A DNA stretch of 63,605 nucleotides, the filler included, from Licmophora abbreviata (Eukaryota): assembly GCA_900291995.1 (NCBI GenBank). It is 13 parts of 13 records of this genome, joined end to end, with 100 filler letters (N's around TTAATTAATTAA, not from the genome) between each part and the next. Parts side by side here need not be neighbours in the genome. Positions count along the whole stretch, not along the records: positions 1 to 4,404 come from OLMU01002518.1; positions 4,505 to 9,824 come from OLMU01002520.1; positions 9,925 to 20,761 come from OLMU01002521.1; 10 more parts are not named here. One strand, given 5' to 3'. Positions 1 through 12,979 of this stretch are shown here, piece by piece. Every line of letters begins with the position of its first letter. The stretch's first letter is position 1. The notes below the pieces were generated by a model. It saw nothing but the letters and a program-made list of their open reading frames with translations. It made no database searches and was not told the origin of the DNA. The translations under genes were made by a program, and so were the position numbers.

Positions 1-176
1 GGGGGGAGTACCGTCGCCTGTTGGATTGGCAGGGGTTCTTCAGATATATCGTGGTTCCACATCTGCACATCAATGGGCTCTGTATCGCCTGCTATGCCTT
101 CTGGTGTCGAACCTGAGTTCAAGCTATGAGGGTCCATAACGAACGCAGCTTGAGAGGAAGTGCTCTGTGTTGCCAT
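1..176 (-). CDS. Possible 5' end of a gene running off the window start (hypothetical protein)
   Basis: Open frame from ATG at 176 (MATQSTSSQAAFVMDPHSLNSGSTPEG...) to base 1 with no stop; no recognisable domain. Confidence 0.3.
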   Translation of the reverse strand, partial: MATQSTSSQAAFVMDPHSLNSGSTPEGIAGDTEPIDVQMWNHDISEEPLPIQQATVLP

Positions 177-827
177 GGTTGAGATTTACAACGCAAAACA
201 AATTGTTCGTGAGTACTAGCAAGAATACATAGTGTCGTAGATATCGTGTGCACCCTCAAGAAAATGAATATATTTGGAATAACAAAATGCACTCTACAAG
301 GACAAACAAAGTTCCGTCTAGTCCAGGTGGATGATAGCACAAAGGCTTCCGATAACCAGCATCGTGCGCATGGTGACACGTGAGAAACTGATGCATGCTG
401 CGACCGCTAATAGGCCTATCATGACCCTTATACGGCATTTTCAGTACTGACTTCACCGTAGAAGCACCCTGCTAAGCTATTACACTGAGCGACATGACAC
501 GAATCATAGACTAACAGAACGTCCCCCCAACGTATGCTCGCGAGATTTTCAGCACGTCCTTAGTTTACCCTTTCCTTTCAATGTAGTGCGTTGATGAGTT
601 AGTGCTTACCTTTGAATCTTCTGTTTGACGCAATGTCCTTTTCACCCTTTTGTAGCGGCGAGATGATGTTGTGATGTGATTTCTGCGCAGCCGCTAATTC
701 TGCGCGCGTCACAAGTACCAAGCCGGCTGTACGGCTGTACGTACGGTCAGTCCTGGTCCGTATGGAGAATTGAAAAGAAAACACTGACGGCGCGTGAGAT
801 CGGCAATGATTTGTTGGTGATGGCACC

Positions 828-1987
828 ATGGGACTGTCGAGGCGGTCAAAGCGATGCTCGCAGCTGATACTGCTCTGCCTTGCTGCCCATCGAAGTACCC
901 TCCTTCCTGTCGATGCTTTTCTGATCCAAGGGAGACATCCCAGTCAAATTACGGGGGCCTACACACCCAGTGCTCGTTCTGACACACTATTCAACGAGAA
1001 CGACGAGCTAGACGTGGCGCCGGTCTCCGATCGAAAGCCCTGTTTTTATCGTGCCATTGACGGTCGGTGGAGACCGCGAATCCACCTAGAAGATCTTCGA
1101 ATAGGACAGAATCTTACTGGAAAAGTTGTTGGCGAGCTTCTGGATGGCAAGACGGGCGCGAAAGGTGAGAAAATTGACCGGCGATACGTCGAACATGTGA
1201 CGCATTCGCTAGCCTGTTTTCCCTGACCTATCGCCTTGACCGCACTCTCTGTACAGTATACTTGGAATGTGGGGTAGGGAGAACAGATGATGAGGGAGAC
1301 TGGAAAATGGTAAATGGCATGTTGCGCATAGGAGGGAGAGGCACGAAGGCGTCCGTTGCTCGAAAGAAGGCAACTCGGCTAAGGCGAAAGGAGCAGGTTG
1401 AGCTTTATGTTTCCAGAATTCAGCTTGACAATGGAAGACTCGAGGTGTGTACAACACCGGAGGAAGTGGAAAAATATCAAGGGGAACCCAAGTTCTCAGC
1501 GTCGACACTTCAACCAAAGCAAGAACTCGTGGGCACAGTGTCACGCGTCGCTTCGTTTGGCGTGTTCGTCGATGTGGGCGCGAACCGAGAGGGACTGCTT
1601 CACATCCGAAAGGTCGCTGACCTTTATGGCCGCTATATTGACAAGGAGACGGGACTCGAAAATGCTGGACTTGAACGCGGCGCTCGAATAAAGGTGGCAG
1701 TCGAAAGCAACCAGATGAAGCGATTGGCTCTAGACTTTACAGAGGACGTCAAGGAAGCCGCTAAGGTAGAGCGACAGGAGGAAGACCAAACAGAATCTGA
1801 AGCTTTACCGATTACTGATGGTGCTGTACAGGACGCTGTCGATATGTCGGAGGAAGAAGCGGCTGCCTGGGCCGCGTACGCTGTAAGCGAGACTGCCGAT
1901 GAGTATGACGACGACGATGAGGTTGATCAAGACGAGTTTGATGAAGATGCCTCAATCGAAGACGCGTTCGGGCTCGGATCATACTAG
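828..1987 (+). CDS. S1 RNA-binding domain protein, probably plastid-targeted (2 exons)
   Basis: Exons 828-1164 and 1257-1987; intron 1165-1256 (GTGAGA...TACAG) joins in frame (GAK-VYLECG). S1 motifs 'LRIGQNLTGKVV' and 'LVGTVSRVASFGVFVDVGANREGLLHI'; signal-peptide-like N-terminus ending VDA-F; acidic tail. Confidence 0.8.
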
Positions 1988-2047
1988 CTAGGTTTGATCT
2001 TGTAACCATCACCACACTTATATCCTGTTAAGTCTTCCATCTAGTCG

Positions 2048-4304
2048 CTACTTCGGCAAGACTAGGTTCAGGTTCGGACACCCATTGTCGTCGTAGTACT
2101 GAAGCCCAGTGTCCAGAAAGATCTTTTCGCGATCTATTGCAATCCAAGCATCTTCGTTTCGAAGCATCCCCTCGAAGTGCACTTTAACGCAGCCTTCGTT
2201 GAGCTCGATAACGTCGCCGGCAAAACACTGTTCCTCTTCCATCGCGTTCCCCGATCGATCCTTCGATTCCAACAGGCATAACACTTTCGTCCCCAATTTT
2301 AGCTGTCCCTTATTGGTGATCGGCGTCGCCAGCCGCCAGTCATTGTCGTCGTTCGCCCGCACCATTTTCTGTTTCTTCTTTTTCTTTGGCGTACTAGAAG
2401 CAGAGTCACTCGCCAGTGGCTTTGTAACCTCAATCCAAAAGTGGGATCCTTTCTTGGACTTGGCCACATTGGGATCAGCACTACTTGCTTCCGTGTTCCC
2501 ACTTTCCCCCACACTATCCCGTTTTAGCGTCTTTCGTTTGCATCTGGTCGCTTCCACACGTGTCCATTCGCCATACGACAACTTCCGAAAACCCAGTTTC
2601 GACGCATGGTTCAAATCATCCTCATAGCGCTGTAGCAACGACTCAAACCCAGGCATGTCAATGTGTACAGCATGCGGCCGACACAAGCAGATCTTTGCTT
2701 CAAAGCCCTTGGGAATCCACTCTGGAACTGCAAAGTTTGTCGCTTCAGCCACGTTGAATCCCAAGTTGATGCCAAAGTGATAGCCTCCTGGCATGGTGAT
2801 GACTGGGAAAGAGTCAAAAAGACGTATGTATGTTAGCAGACGACGATACCTTCCATCACACACCGCATCGCTACATCAACAGCAATCATACAAAAAAATG
2901 ACATTCTTACTTGCATCTCCCGGTCGCTGAATTTGCGTCGTAAAGGGCACTCCCGCCTTTTTTAAAATGGCAGGCGACAAGAGATATTCCTTGTGGCGCA
3001 GGAACTCACGACACTCTTGAAAGGCCAGATTGAAGTGGGATTCCGCCAACGACTCGAATCGCTTGGCATGCTCCGGAGCAATCGCATACCAATACTTGGG
3101 AGCTCCGGCATGCAAGTAGTTGATCGAGAGCAGATTCATATCTTCCGTGTGACTGTCGTTGCAATTCCAAAAGTGCGGAGGAGACGCGTGTGTGGTTGAT
3201 TAGCAAGCAGAAGATTGCGGTGATTGCCCGACGACGACAACAACAACAACAACAACAACAAAAGACTCGATGAAGCACTTACGCACAAAACACACTCCCC
3301 CACATGCCAACATAGAGATAGGGTGTGGTGACTCCGGGCAATTTCTTTCCATCGGTATCGGCACTGAGCAACTGAAGACAGCTATCGAGGCGCTCTAAGT
3401 TCCATCCACAACAGTCATGTCCTCCAAACAAAGACCCTTCCATATCAGCCCCGTAAAGTGCCGGTTCCATCGTCGGACCAAGTCTTTTCCAAAACTTGCG
3501 TGCCAACAAGTCACAGTCCTCGTCGCTGTCACCGATACTACTACTAGATGTAGTAGTCGTCATCTCTCCATCACTCTTTCCCAAACGCCGCCCCAGTTGT
3601 CTCTTTAGAAAAACATCCGCCTTTTCTCTAAATTCCGCCAAACTCATCGCGGACACTTCCACCAAGGTATATTGATAGACTCCTCCAATGCCACGAACGT
3701 GCTGTTGAATCGGTTGGCGGACAACCAGATCCCCCAGTGGCGTCCCTGCGTGCCAGTGCGGTCCACGCCCAGACCTATCTCCGGAAATGCCCGATTGATC
3801 CCAAAACCCCAACGGCAATGTCACCTTGACAATTCCGTCGTTCCAGCACCGAGGTGGCTGCTGCTGCTGCTTCTTAGTATCTGTAGTAGTAGTACGGGAT
3901 AGTCGTGAGGGGCGTAGCTGACCTCGTGTCACCATCGTCCTTGTCTTCTTCGATGGTGATGACTGTTGTCGTGGTGGAGCATCAGGAGTCGTCGGATCGT
4001 GGTTCACTTGAGAGGACGCCGGAGTAGTAGTAGTTTCCCCACCCTCACTAGCATCATCATCCTCCGTCTCTTCTTCTTCTTCTTGCGTTCGAAACAGAAT
4101 ACTTCGCACGTACTCTGAGAATGTGTTCGATTTTAGTTCCTCCAAACTTGGTTTGTAGGACGCAGAACGACGCGGAAAAGCCGATTTCTGAAGGAGAAAG
4201 CATTGTGCTTCTCGTTTCAGTTGTGCGCTCATCGTCGAAGTTGTAGTACTAGAAGTAGTGTTTTCGTTGGTACTCGTTGTCGGCACTCGAATGGAGGAAG
4301 CCAT
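2048..4304 (-). CDS. JmjC histone demethylase, KDM4/JMJD2-like, with C-terminal Tudor/chromo-barrel-like domain (3 exons)
   Basis: Exons 4304-3283, 3152-2911, 2802-2048 with GT-AG introns. The spliced product gives '[41 protein letters not shown]' and 'GYHFGINLGFNVAEATNFA' (Fe-binding HxE...H). Confidence 0.88.
3238..3260. repeat. (CAA)n microsatellite in JmjC intron 1
   Basis: caacaacaac... run directly visible. Confidence 0.85.
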
Positions 4305-4404
4305 AATATTGTAGTAGGTTCAATTATCAACGAAGGTAGCTGATTTTCTGTCTCAAATTAAAACCTCACAAGAAGAAATCAACAATATGGCATGCAACAG
4401 GACT

Positions 4405-4504
4405 NNNNNNNNNNNNNNNNNNNNNNNNNNNNNNNNNNNNNNNNNNNNTTAATTAATTAANNNNNNNNNNNNNNNNNNNNNNNNNNNNNNNNNNNNNNNN
4501 NNNN
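4405..4504. other. Artificial contig linker N44-TTAATTAATTAA-N44
   Basis: 100-bp spacer with a six-frame stop core. Confidence 0.97.
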
Positions 4505-5983
4505 AGACTGGGACGCTCGGCCAGTCTCAAGAACTTTGCAGCGGGAGCAGCCGCGGCGGCGGCCGCCGCTTCGGCGGCATTGGAAGCCAGCAGCGAGGGT
4601 GGCAAAAATAGTACCATCGATCACGCAAGGCGTATGGAAAAGAGCCGACCGAGGTGTGAGCACTACGAGCGGAATTGTACCATTATCAGTCCGTGCTGTG
4701 GACTGGCCTTTGGGTGTCGGATCTGTCACGACGAATCACCTGTATTACCTCCACCCAAGCCCGATCCGACGCACTGGGCCGATGATATGGATGTCCAAAA
4801 GGAGCAACAACAGCATTATGGGCCAAGGTTGAAGCGCCAGAGGTCGTTGCCGACAAATTTTGACGATTATGATATGCTAGAGGAGCTCACACACCATGAG
4901 ATTGATCGATTTTCCATTGCACAATTGATATGTCGCCGGTGCTATTTCCTCCAGAGTAGTAAAACGTGAGTTGTTGTTGTTCTTGTGGTTGTTGCGCGTG
5001 CTCAATGCATCGGCGTAGTGCATGCTTTCTCACATCTACGTGGATACACTATCTGCCTCGCATGATGCGTCAATATAGTGGAAAATGTATTCAATGTGGC
5101 ATCTCGTTTGGAGAGTATCATTGTTCCATCTGCAATCTGTGGATGTCAAACAAGGATCGGCCATATCACTGCGACAAATGTGGCTTTTGTCGGGTTGGCG
5201 GAAAAGAGAATTTTGAGCACTGCGATGACTGCGGCATGTGCATTGATGCAATTGTCTTTGGCGATCACAATTGCAAAGCCGGAAAATACATGAGCGACTG
5301 TCCCGTGTGCCAAGAAGACTTGTTTTCGTCTCGCTCTGCAAGCCACGAGATGAACTGTGGGCATGCCATCCACTGGCATTGTTTCCGTGAGATACCAGTG
5401 TTTGACTGTGCTTCCTGCAAAGACGAGGGTTGCTAATTCTTCTCTCTTTCCTTGTTCAATCCCACTGACAGAGGAGCTCCTTACCTATGATTCGCGGTGC
5501 CCGGTGTGTAAGAAGACGGCAGAGTCGCCCGAGCACATGATGGCAACGTGGTCTGCCATGGCCATGGGAATCGCCCTGCAACCCGTTCCACCGGAAATGG
5601 CTCGCGTCGTCAATATTATATGTAACGATTGTGAGGAACGCTCGACGGACCGTCGATGGCACTTTCTGGGAGTCCAGTGTCTCAAGTGTTCCAGTTTCAA
5701 TACCACAGTGGAACAAACCACCCATCTTGGAAGGGAGGCGGCTGCATACCTTGGAGATGTCGCAAATGATCCAGCCCGTCGAACAGCACAAGAAGACATG
5801 GACGCAATGCAAGAGAGTACTAGCTCCTTTACTGACACGGAGCATCTTAGTGCTGTCCAACAAAGAAACCTTCATGAGCATTTGATGTCCATGGCAGGTG
5901 TAGATAGAGGACAGAATTCTTCCCAGCAGTCTGACTCGAGGATGGACGACGGCGATGACGATCAAGACTCGCACAGTCTGTGA
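4505..5983 (+). CDS. CHY zinc finger / RING E3 ligase, Pirh2 (RCHY1)-like; 5' end probably in gap (3 exons seen)
   Basis: CHY 'CEHYERNCTIISPCC..CRICHDE', CTCHY 'YHCDKCGFCRVG', RING 'CPVCQEDLF..CGHAIHWHC..RCPVC', zinc ribbon 'CNDC..HFLGVQCLKCSSFNT'. Introns 4966-5078 and 5387-5471 restore the frame. Confidence 0.88.
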
Positions 5984-6124
5984 TTCAATATCCATAATTC
6001 TGGGCGTACTGTTTGTATGGCGACACGCATCCACTTTACAACATCTACCAAGAAAACGACTTTGTGTGATTCGGTAGTTCTTAGTTCATTATAAGTAGGA
6101 TACAACAGACAGCAAATCTGTGCT

Positions 6125-9100
6125 TCATACATATTCCGCTACAGTCTTGACTGACTGAATGACACCGGGCTCAAGCGTGGACGAAGGGGTTAGGCCGTAA
6201 CTATTCTTCCCTCTTGCTTCATTCCAATCCTTCTGAAGTTTGGGTTCGTTCCCACGCGGAAGAAGTTTCAGACCGTTTATCGTAACGATGAGCATAATAC
6301 CGACATCAGCAACGATGGCCCACAAAAGCGTCATCATGCCAGCAAACGTGAGACCAACAACGATGAGCTTCGTTACAATGCTCAAGCCAATATTCTCTTT
6401 GATGGTCAGAATCACCCGGGATCCCATGTCGATAGCGTAGGTCAGCTTTGACAGATTCGAATCCATAAGTGTCACGTCGCTCATTTCCATGGCAAGCGCA
6501 GCACCCTCCCCCATAGCGACGCCGACGTCCGCGGCCGCAAGCGCAGGCGCGTCATTCACTCCGTCGCCTACCATTACCACGAGGGACTTCTTTCGGCATG
6601 TCGCACACTTCTTCGGTGGTGGTGTTATGAGACTGCCGACAAAGTGAAGCTTGTCCTCGGGAAGCAGCTGACTATGTACTGCGCTGTCGGGTAGACCCAC
6701 TTGCTTGGCGACGGCGCGAGCGGCGCCGCGACCGTCGCCAGTTAGCATTATGACGTCAAAGCCCTTGTCGTGCAGGCTGGCCACTGCATCTCGAGCTTCA
6801 TCGCGAACAGCGTCGGACACGCAAAATGCACCCACAATGCCAACATCTTCGACGCCGATGAAGCCTACAGTTCCTCCACCTCGGCTCCAGTGCTCTGCAG
6901 TTGACTTGTAGGTGACGGGGAGCGAGTCGTAGAGGCCCACCCGTGAGAAAAGGCGTGAGTTACCTACGTAGACTCTCTTTCCATCGATCAAAGCTGTAAC
7001 TCCTTCTCCTTTGAGGACTGTGTGGTTGGTGATTGTCGCATCTCTCGGGACTGACACGCCCTCTTTCTGGGCCGCCGCGACCAATGTAGCAGAGAGCGGA
7101 TGACTTGACGGAGCTTCCATCATCGCGAGTAGTTCTAGCCTGAGGAAGTAAACAGAGAAACGTCTTTAAATGAGGCAAGTGCTCTGGCTATCAGTCTTGA
7201 CCAGAGACAACTTGTTGAAACTTACATCTGCGGTCGACTCATCTTATCCCCGAAATTCTCCAGACGAATAACATCAAAATTTCCAGAAGTGAGAGTGCCT
7301 GTTTTGTCAAAGACGACCTTTTGCACACTCCCCAATGCCTGTCGACGTTTGACCAGACAGCGCCAGGAACGTTAGGATACAACTCACTACACAGAGTGAT
7401 AGATACGTCCAGACAAGTCTTCCCATAACAGCAACGTACCTCCAACCGAGCTCCACCCTTGACGATAATGCCCCTCTGCGCGCACGCTGCTAACCCCGAA
7501 GCGTAGGTGACCGGAGTACTGATGGTGAGTGCACACGGACACGCAATCACAATAATGATCAAGCCATTCAGGGTCCAGTAGCGACCCGTCTCGGATCCCC
7601 AGATCCACGGGATGGTGCACATGACTGTTGCCATAAGGAGGACAACAGGAGTGTACGTCTTGGCGAAAGAATCTACAAGTTTCTCTGTCGGCGATCGATT
7701 GGCCTGGGCTTCTTCCACCAAACGGACCAGACGCGAAACTGCAGAGTCCTCAACCGACGAGGTAGTCTTGACGACTAGCTGCGTCGCTCCGACATTGATG
7801 CTCCCTCCCGACACAGTGTCGTCGACTTGCTTCATGATGGGTATCGCCTCTCCAGTCAGACTACTCTCGTCAACAGAAGAGCTTCCTTCAACGACAACAC
7901 CATCGGCCGAAATCTTGTCGCCAGTCTTCACACTTATCAGGCTTCCGACAGGAACCTTATCTGCTGGAACGATTATTGCCTCTCTAGTGACAGGATGAAT
8001 TACGTTGGCATGGTCCGGACGCAACGAGACGATAGCACCGAGGGCCTTGCGAGCCCTGGCTGACGCACGAGATTCCAGATACTCCGAAACGGCAAATAGA
8101 AACGATACACTCGCCGCCTCATCGTACTCTTGTAACGCCAGGGCACCGAGTGCGGCAACCACCATCATACAGTTGGCATCAAACTGACAACGTCGCAACG
8201 TTCTCCAGGCCTTTATTGCAACGGGTGGCAATCCAAAGATGACAGAAAGAATGCCCGCATACTCGAGATACTCCCAGCTTCCTCCAATCGATGATAGTAG
8301 CGAGAGGACCCAGAAGATTCCACTCAAAACAACATTCAAGTGTAACCTCGTTTGTATGTCCTTCATTCATACCACCATATAAGGGAGTGTCGTAGTCTTC
8401 CATGAGGGGCAACGCCAGGTGCTCTACTGCTCCGTCAGTTTCTACCGAGGCATCAATTCCGTACCGACTCAACAAGGTTGCCACCGCCTCTGCCTGCAGC
8501 AAACGCGGGTCGTGTTCGAGCTTCAGAGTTTTTGATGGCACGTGTGGATAGAAGGCACGCAGCTGCGCTCGAATGAAGTTTTGGTGCAGCACCTTTTCCA
8601 AGAGCCCAATATGTTTTAACGAAAGGTTGCTCAGCAGCAAGGTCGACTCCACATACTTCGATCGCGCCACCGTCAACGCCGCTGATGTGCGCTCTCCTAT
8701 CTCATCGGCAGCGTCAAAGGCAATCTCATTGACCAGCAACGTCCCGAGAGTCTTGCTTATCGCCTGTGCTGATAATCTGGCTACATCGTGTTCTACGTAC
8801 ACGACAGACTCCGCAACGTTGACACCAACTCGCCGTACTCCTTCCAGCGGCGCCAGCGTCTTTTGAATTGGAACAATGTCTTTGCTACTCAGTACCTTCT
8901 CTGCGTGTATCGTCGTTCGGCCCACTGTGACAGACCTGCGCTTGTCCGCAGCACCGTCCTTGTAGACTCGCGATTCGAAACCTTGCGAGAGCAAGACAGC
9001 GGCAATGCCGTGGGCATCAATCGTCGAGGGGTCGTGATGGACGTACACCATCTTTGTGGTGATGTTGATCTGCAATTTGGTCACACCAGGAAGCGGTTTG

Positions 9101-9723
9101 ACAATCTTTCGAATGGAAGGACACTCCGAAGCGCAGCATATGCCCTGAACATAGAGCTGAGACCGTACTTGAGCAGACTGATGACCTGTGGCTGTTGTCT
9201 TGGATGCTGTATTGGGCGTATTTTCGTACCTAGCAAAGTATCCCATTTCTTTCAGGACTTGCAAGAGACGATCCTCGGTAATGGAGGCATCGTGATCGAC
9301 AAAAACGAGCTTATCGTCTAGCCTGACAATGACTTTCGAGACACCCGAGAGCTCCCTGAGCACACTCTGAATAACGAGCACTTGCGGCGGAGAGTCGAGA
9401 TTGTCCACGACAACCTTGGTTCTCAGTACTCCAATAATCTGCATAGTTTCATCTCCTACAATAAGATCGTCCAATGCGGGGTCAGACGACGCGTCTGGCG
9501 AGGTGGGATGGTCTGCACATGTTGTGCACTCGCCGCAGAACATGAAATCAGGATGGTAGTGAGGGATTGCGCCCTTTTGCAGCGGCATGTCCGCCAGCAT
9601 CGTCATTTCGACGTTACTCCGCTCCATCTTAGGTTCTTCTGCAATGGAAGAAGAAGATGGTGTTTTCTTGCCACGAGACGATGCCCAAGACGATGAATGT
9701 CGATCGTTGCTGTGCCGCCTCAT
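6125..9723 (-). CDS. P1B-2 heavy-metal (Zn/Cd) ATPase, copy 1; one apparent frameshift at ~8352
   Basis: N-terminal HMA-like domains with GICCASE, LTGE, CPC (IACPCAL), DKTGT (after splicing intron 7339-7439), SHPL, GDGVNDAP, TM K and D residues of the P1B-2 type; second intron 7140-7225. Confidence 0.9.
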
Positions 9724-9824
9724 CGTCCATCTTGTGCACCGTCAGCTGCAGTTTTAAAGTTGGTCTTGACTTGAGGAATGACTACGTAGGATCTGGTACA
9801 ATTCCACGAAGAAATGCTCCCAAT

Positions 9825-9924
9825 NNNNNNNNNNNNNNNNNNNNNNNNNNNNNNNNNNNNNNNNNNNNTTAATTAATTAANNNNNNNNNNNNNNNNNNNN
9901 NNNNNNNNNNNNNNNNNNNNNNNN
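9825..9924. other. Artificial contig linker
   Basis: N44-TTAATTAATTAA-N44. Confidence 0.97.
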
Positions 9925-10162
9925 CGCACCGAATACACAGAGGATGCGGACGCCATGGTACTCGTACCGGTATTTAAGTGAGCGGGATCTACCAGCATCA
10001 GAGTAGCTAGATCGAGCTGAATCTAATAGAATCGCCCATGGTTTCGCCCGTCTCCCGCTCCAAACCGGAAGGAAACTACGGAAGGCCAGCAGCTGGTGTG
10101 AAATCTGTAGAAAAAACTAGTCATAGTCGTACGGTCATATGCATACATTTTCAGTAGTTTCA

Positions 10163-11365
10163 TCACTTCTTGAGGTCCAGAATAATGTCTTCCAACTCGT
10201 TCAATTCTCGTTCACCTGGATACAGCTTTCCACCAATCTCCCAAGTCGGATACCCTGGGACATCCCGCTCTTTACAAAGCGATGTTTCAGAGTTCTTACC
10301 CTCCTTGGCACATTCCACATAGCGCAAACTCCCGAAAGCTTCCTTGCCCAAAGACTGTTTCTGATCATAGCAGTGTGAACACCAATAAGCGCCGTACATC
10401 TTGGCATTCAACGATTGCAAGTTTTTCGAGACTTCCATGGCGCGAGCCGAGGATGTCGTTGTAATTGGAGGCGGGGATAGCTCCTCTCTTTGCGGTTTCG
10501 AAGGAGTGGACACTCCCGAGGAGGTCGATGCCAATAATGTCGAACCATTTGTAGACGACGAGGCAGGAAATGATGGCAAGGTACTCGCCGCATACGAGCC
10601 GTCGTTGACACTGACAAACAAAGTGATTGCGGAAGCCGTCGTGGCGACAAAGCCCATTCCCGATGCTTGTATGCCAGCCGCTCGCGACTCTTGCTCCCTC
10701 GGAAGGCACCCTCCCAGCCAGGCACACGCCGCTAAGATGCAGGACAGTCCCGCCGAAGCAAAGCAGTATAGGCATGACTGATGCAAGACCCCCAGCAAGA
10801 GAGACACAAGAAACACCGAAAAAGTTCCCATCCCGGTCGTTATGGCCAACAACATGATTCGATTGTTCGAATCCTCTGCGTCGTCCAAAACTACAGGAAA
10901 GATGGCGAGTAGAGCCGTCAGAGAGTAGGCAACACACCCGGCTAGTGCGAGGGGTACGTCAGTAAGCGGAATGTAGGAGTATGGTCCCGTCAAGACTGAC
11001 GCGCAGCTGCCGTCCGTGCCGCACAAGGCTCCAGAGGTTCCCAACAGTTTGTTGTACGTCAAATATGCAGTCTCAATGACTCCCAAGGTAGCCGCACTGG
11101 CCATGACTCGTCGCAAGGTGGGATTCCAGGGCGAGGACGAGAGAGGATGTTCGACATCAGTGTCGTCTTCTACCTCCGACTCTGCTGTCTGTTGAAGAGC
11201 AACGCGCCATGGTGTTGCGTGACGATGATGAATGAATTGGCGGGAAACTGGGCTTGCCAAAATCAGGGCTCGACATACACTGTTCCGACACCCTATACTG
11301 AAGCTGGAGGATGTCCCTAACAAGCAAAAGAGCAACAGGGCTCTTATTCTGGCGGAGTACAACAT
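10163..11365 (-). CDS. LTO1: Thylakoid VKOR-thioredoxin disulfide oxidoreductase (LTO1-like)
   Basis: Signal peptide ending SSS-F; VKOR domain 'C..DGSCASVLTGPYS' and 'CLYC'; Trx-like domain 'MYGAYWCSHC...YVEC...C....VPGYPTW'. Confidence 0.88.
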   Translation of the reverse strand: MLYSARIRALLLFCLLGTSSSFSIGCRNSVCRALILASPVSRQFIHHRHATPWRVALQQTAESEVEDDTDVEHPLSSSPWNPTLRRVMASAATLGVIETAYLTYNKLLGTSGALCGTDGSCASVLTGPYSYIPLTDVPLALAGCVAYSLTALLAIFPVVLDDAEDSNNRIMLLAITTGMGTFSVFLVSLLLGVLHQSCLYCFASAGLSCILAACAWLGGCLPREQESRAAGIQASGMGFVATTASAITLFVSVNDGSYAASTLPSFPASSSTNGSTLLASTSSGVSTPSKPQREELSPPPITTTSSARAMEVSKNLQSLNAKMYGAYWCSHCYDQKQSLGKEAFGSLRYVECAKEGKNSETSLCKERDVPGYPTWEIGGKLYPGERELNELEDIILDLKK

Positions 11366-11623
11366 GCTCGCGTTCCTGATGGAATGCGATGATGCGAAAG
11401 CGCCGCCGGCCTAATTGCGTCGCGCGTGCGTTTCAACGGATTTCGGACCTCGTCGCAACGAAGCGGAACAGAACAGATCCAATACAGTAAGACGTAGTTT
11501 GTTACAGAAGCAGACCAAGAGCGAATGTGAACTACTCGTAGGAGAGCCGCGTACGGTGGCTTAGATACCTAGCTAATCTCTCTGGTGATATCCATCTCAC
11601 TACGTATTTTGTATCGACATATT

Positions 11624-12587
11624 CTAGTTTTGATGAGCCCGACCGCCGTAACCCATTTGCTGTCGTCTCTGCTGTTGCTGCAGACGGGCTTGTTGATTGC
11701 TCTCTGCCAGTTTGGCGACACCGTACAAGCCCCCGACTGTCGCTCCATAAATGGCAAGCAGGTACGAAATGACAAACGAAAAGGCTGCGCAGGCGGCGCA
11801 CAAAAAGAACACGACCGCCACAAGCGGATTTGGTTGGTAGCTTCGGACGATACTCCAAAGACCAAAGATGAAGATCACCAAGGCCATAAGGAGACCCATT
11901 GAGAAATTTACCAGAACTTGCATGAGGACTCGCAATGCATATTCCATCATACTAAATTTCGGAAACGAGGCGAAAAGTATGAGTAACAAACCTCGCAACA
12001 TGATGTCCTCGACTGACAGCTCTGTCTCGGACTCACCTTTCATCCCGTCCCATACTCCGGATGCCCATAAACATGGCGTCCCACATACTTTGACGCTTAG
12101 CAAACTGTTTCCCTTGATAGAAATACTGCCAAAATGAGTCCTTGACTTCTCCCACTCCCACCTCTGAGAACAGGCCAGCCACAGACTTGGCATCGCTCAT
12201 GCGCGCATAGCCTTCTGCTCGCACCTCGTCAAGTTCACGCTTGCGTCGCTGCATCCGGTCCTTATTGCGCTGGCAGAGCGAGTCACAGGTAAACCATCCC
12301 TTGCTGGCGCGGTAGGCCTGCTGGGCATTCCAGTATCCCTGCGAGGCTTGGTATTCGGCATCCAAGTCGATCGTGCTCATGATGTGATTGTACTGTCTGG
12401 TCTGATCCAACGTGAGTTTGGTGCCAGTGCCCATGAGAACAATGACCAGTATGCCAAAGAAGTAAGAGCCGGTAATAAACTTGTGGCGACGAGCAAAGGT
12501 AGTGACGCCACGGAGGCCAATGGCACCAAGATTGGCCGCGTCCGGAATAATGACTTGCCGCTGTCGTCGTGGTGGTGCGCGGTACAT
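11624..12587 (-). CDS. Membrane protein of unknown function (2 exons)
   Basis: Exons 12587-12037 and 11951-11624; intron 11952-12036 (GTGAGT...TTTAG) joins GRDES-MMEYALR. Several TM helices and a 'WFTCDSLC' motif. Confidence 0.7.
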
Positions 12588-12979
12588 GATGAAAAGATGT
12601 CGAACTCAACAGACGGTCAAAATTGAAATCGGCAGCAGAAAGACAAAGAGAAACACGGGAGTCTCTAACGTTGAAAGTTGTGAGGCAGTCAATAGCAACA
12701 AAGCCTGCAGTCTCTGTGATCTGTGATGATGATGTGCTTCGGCGAGTTTCGTCGAAAGTGTGTGAAGTGTGAAGTGTGCATGTCGCCATCAACATCTTTC
12801 GGCGGCGCAAAGACGTTTCGAATCTGCGAGCTATTTCAGTTGAACGAGAGCTATGAATATGTATGCCACGTGGAATCAGTCCAATGATGCTTTCGATGGC
12901 ACCGGCATAGGTCTCTAGGTCGACGCTACATCGTCGTTTCCGTTGCCCAGAGTTATAACCTACTAGTAAATTCTTTCAA

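Noticed and set aside
4449..4460. TTAATTAATTAA recurring 12 times as a possible repeat array or mobile-element end
   Set aside because: Always centred in exactly 44+44 Ns; it is an assembly linker, not biology.
9925..10140. Short 3' ORF remnant (RTEYTEDADAMVLVPVFK-TGA) with a possibly structured UTR, considered as a SECIS candidate
   Set aside because: No clear SECIS core or in-frame Sec context visible; too little sequence.
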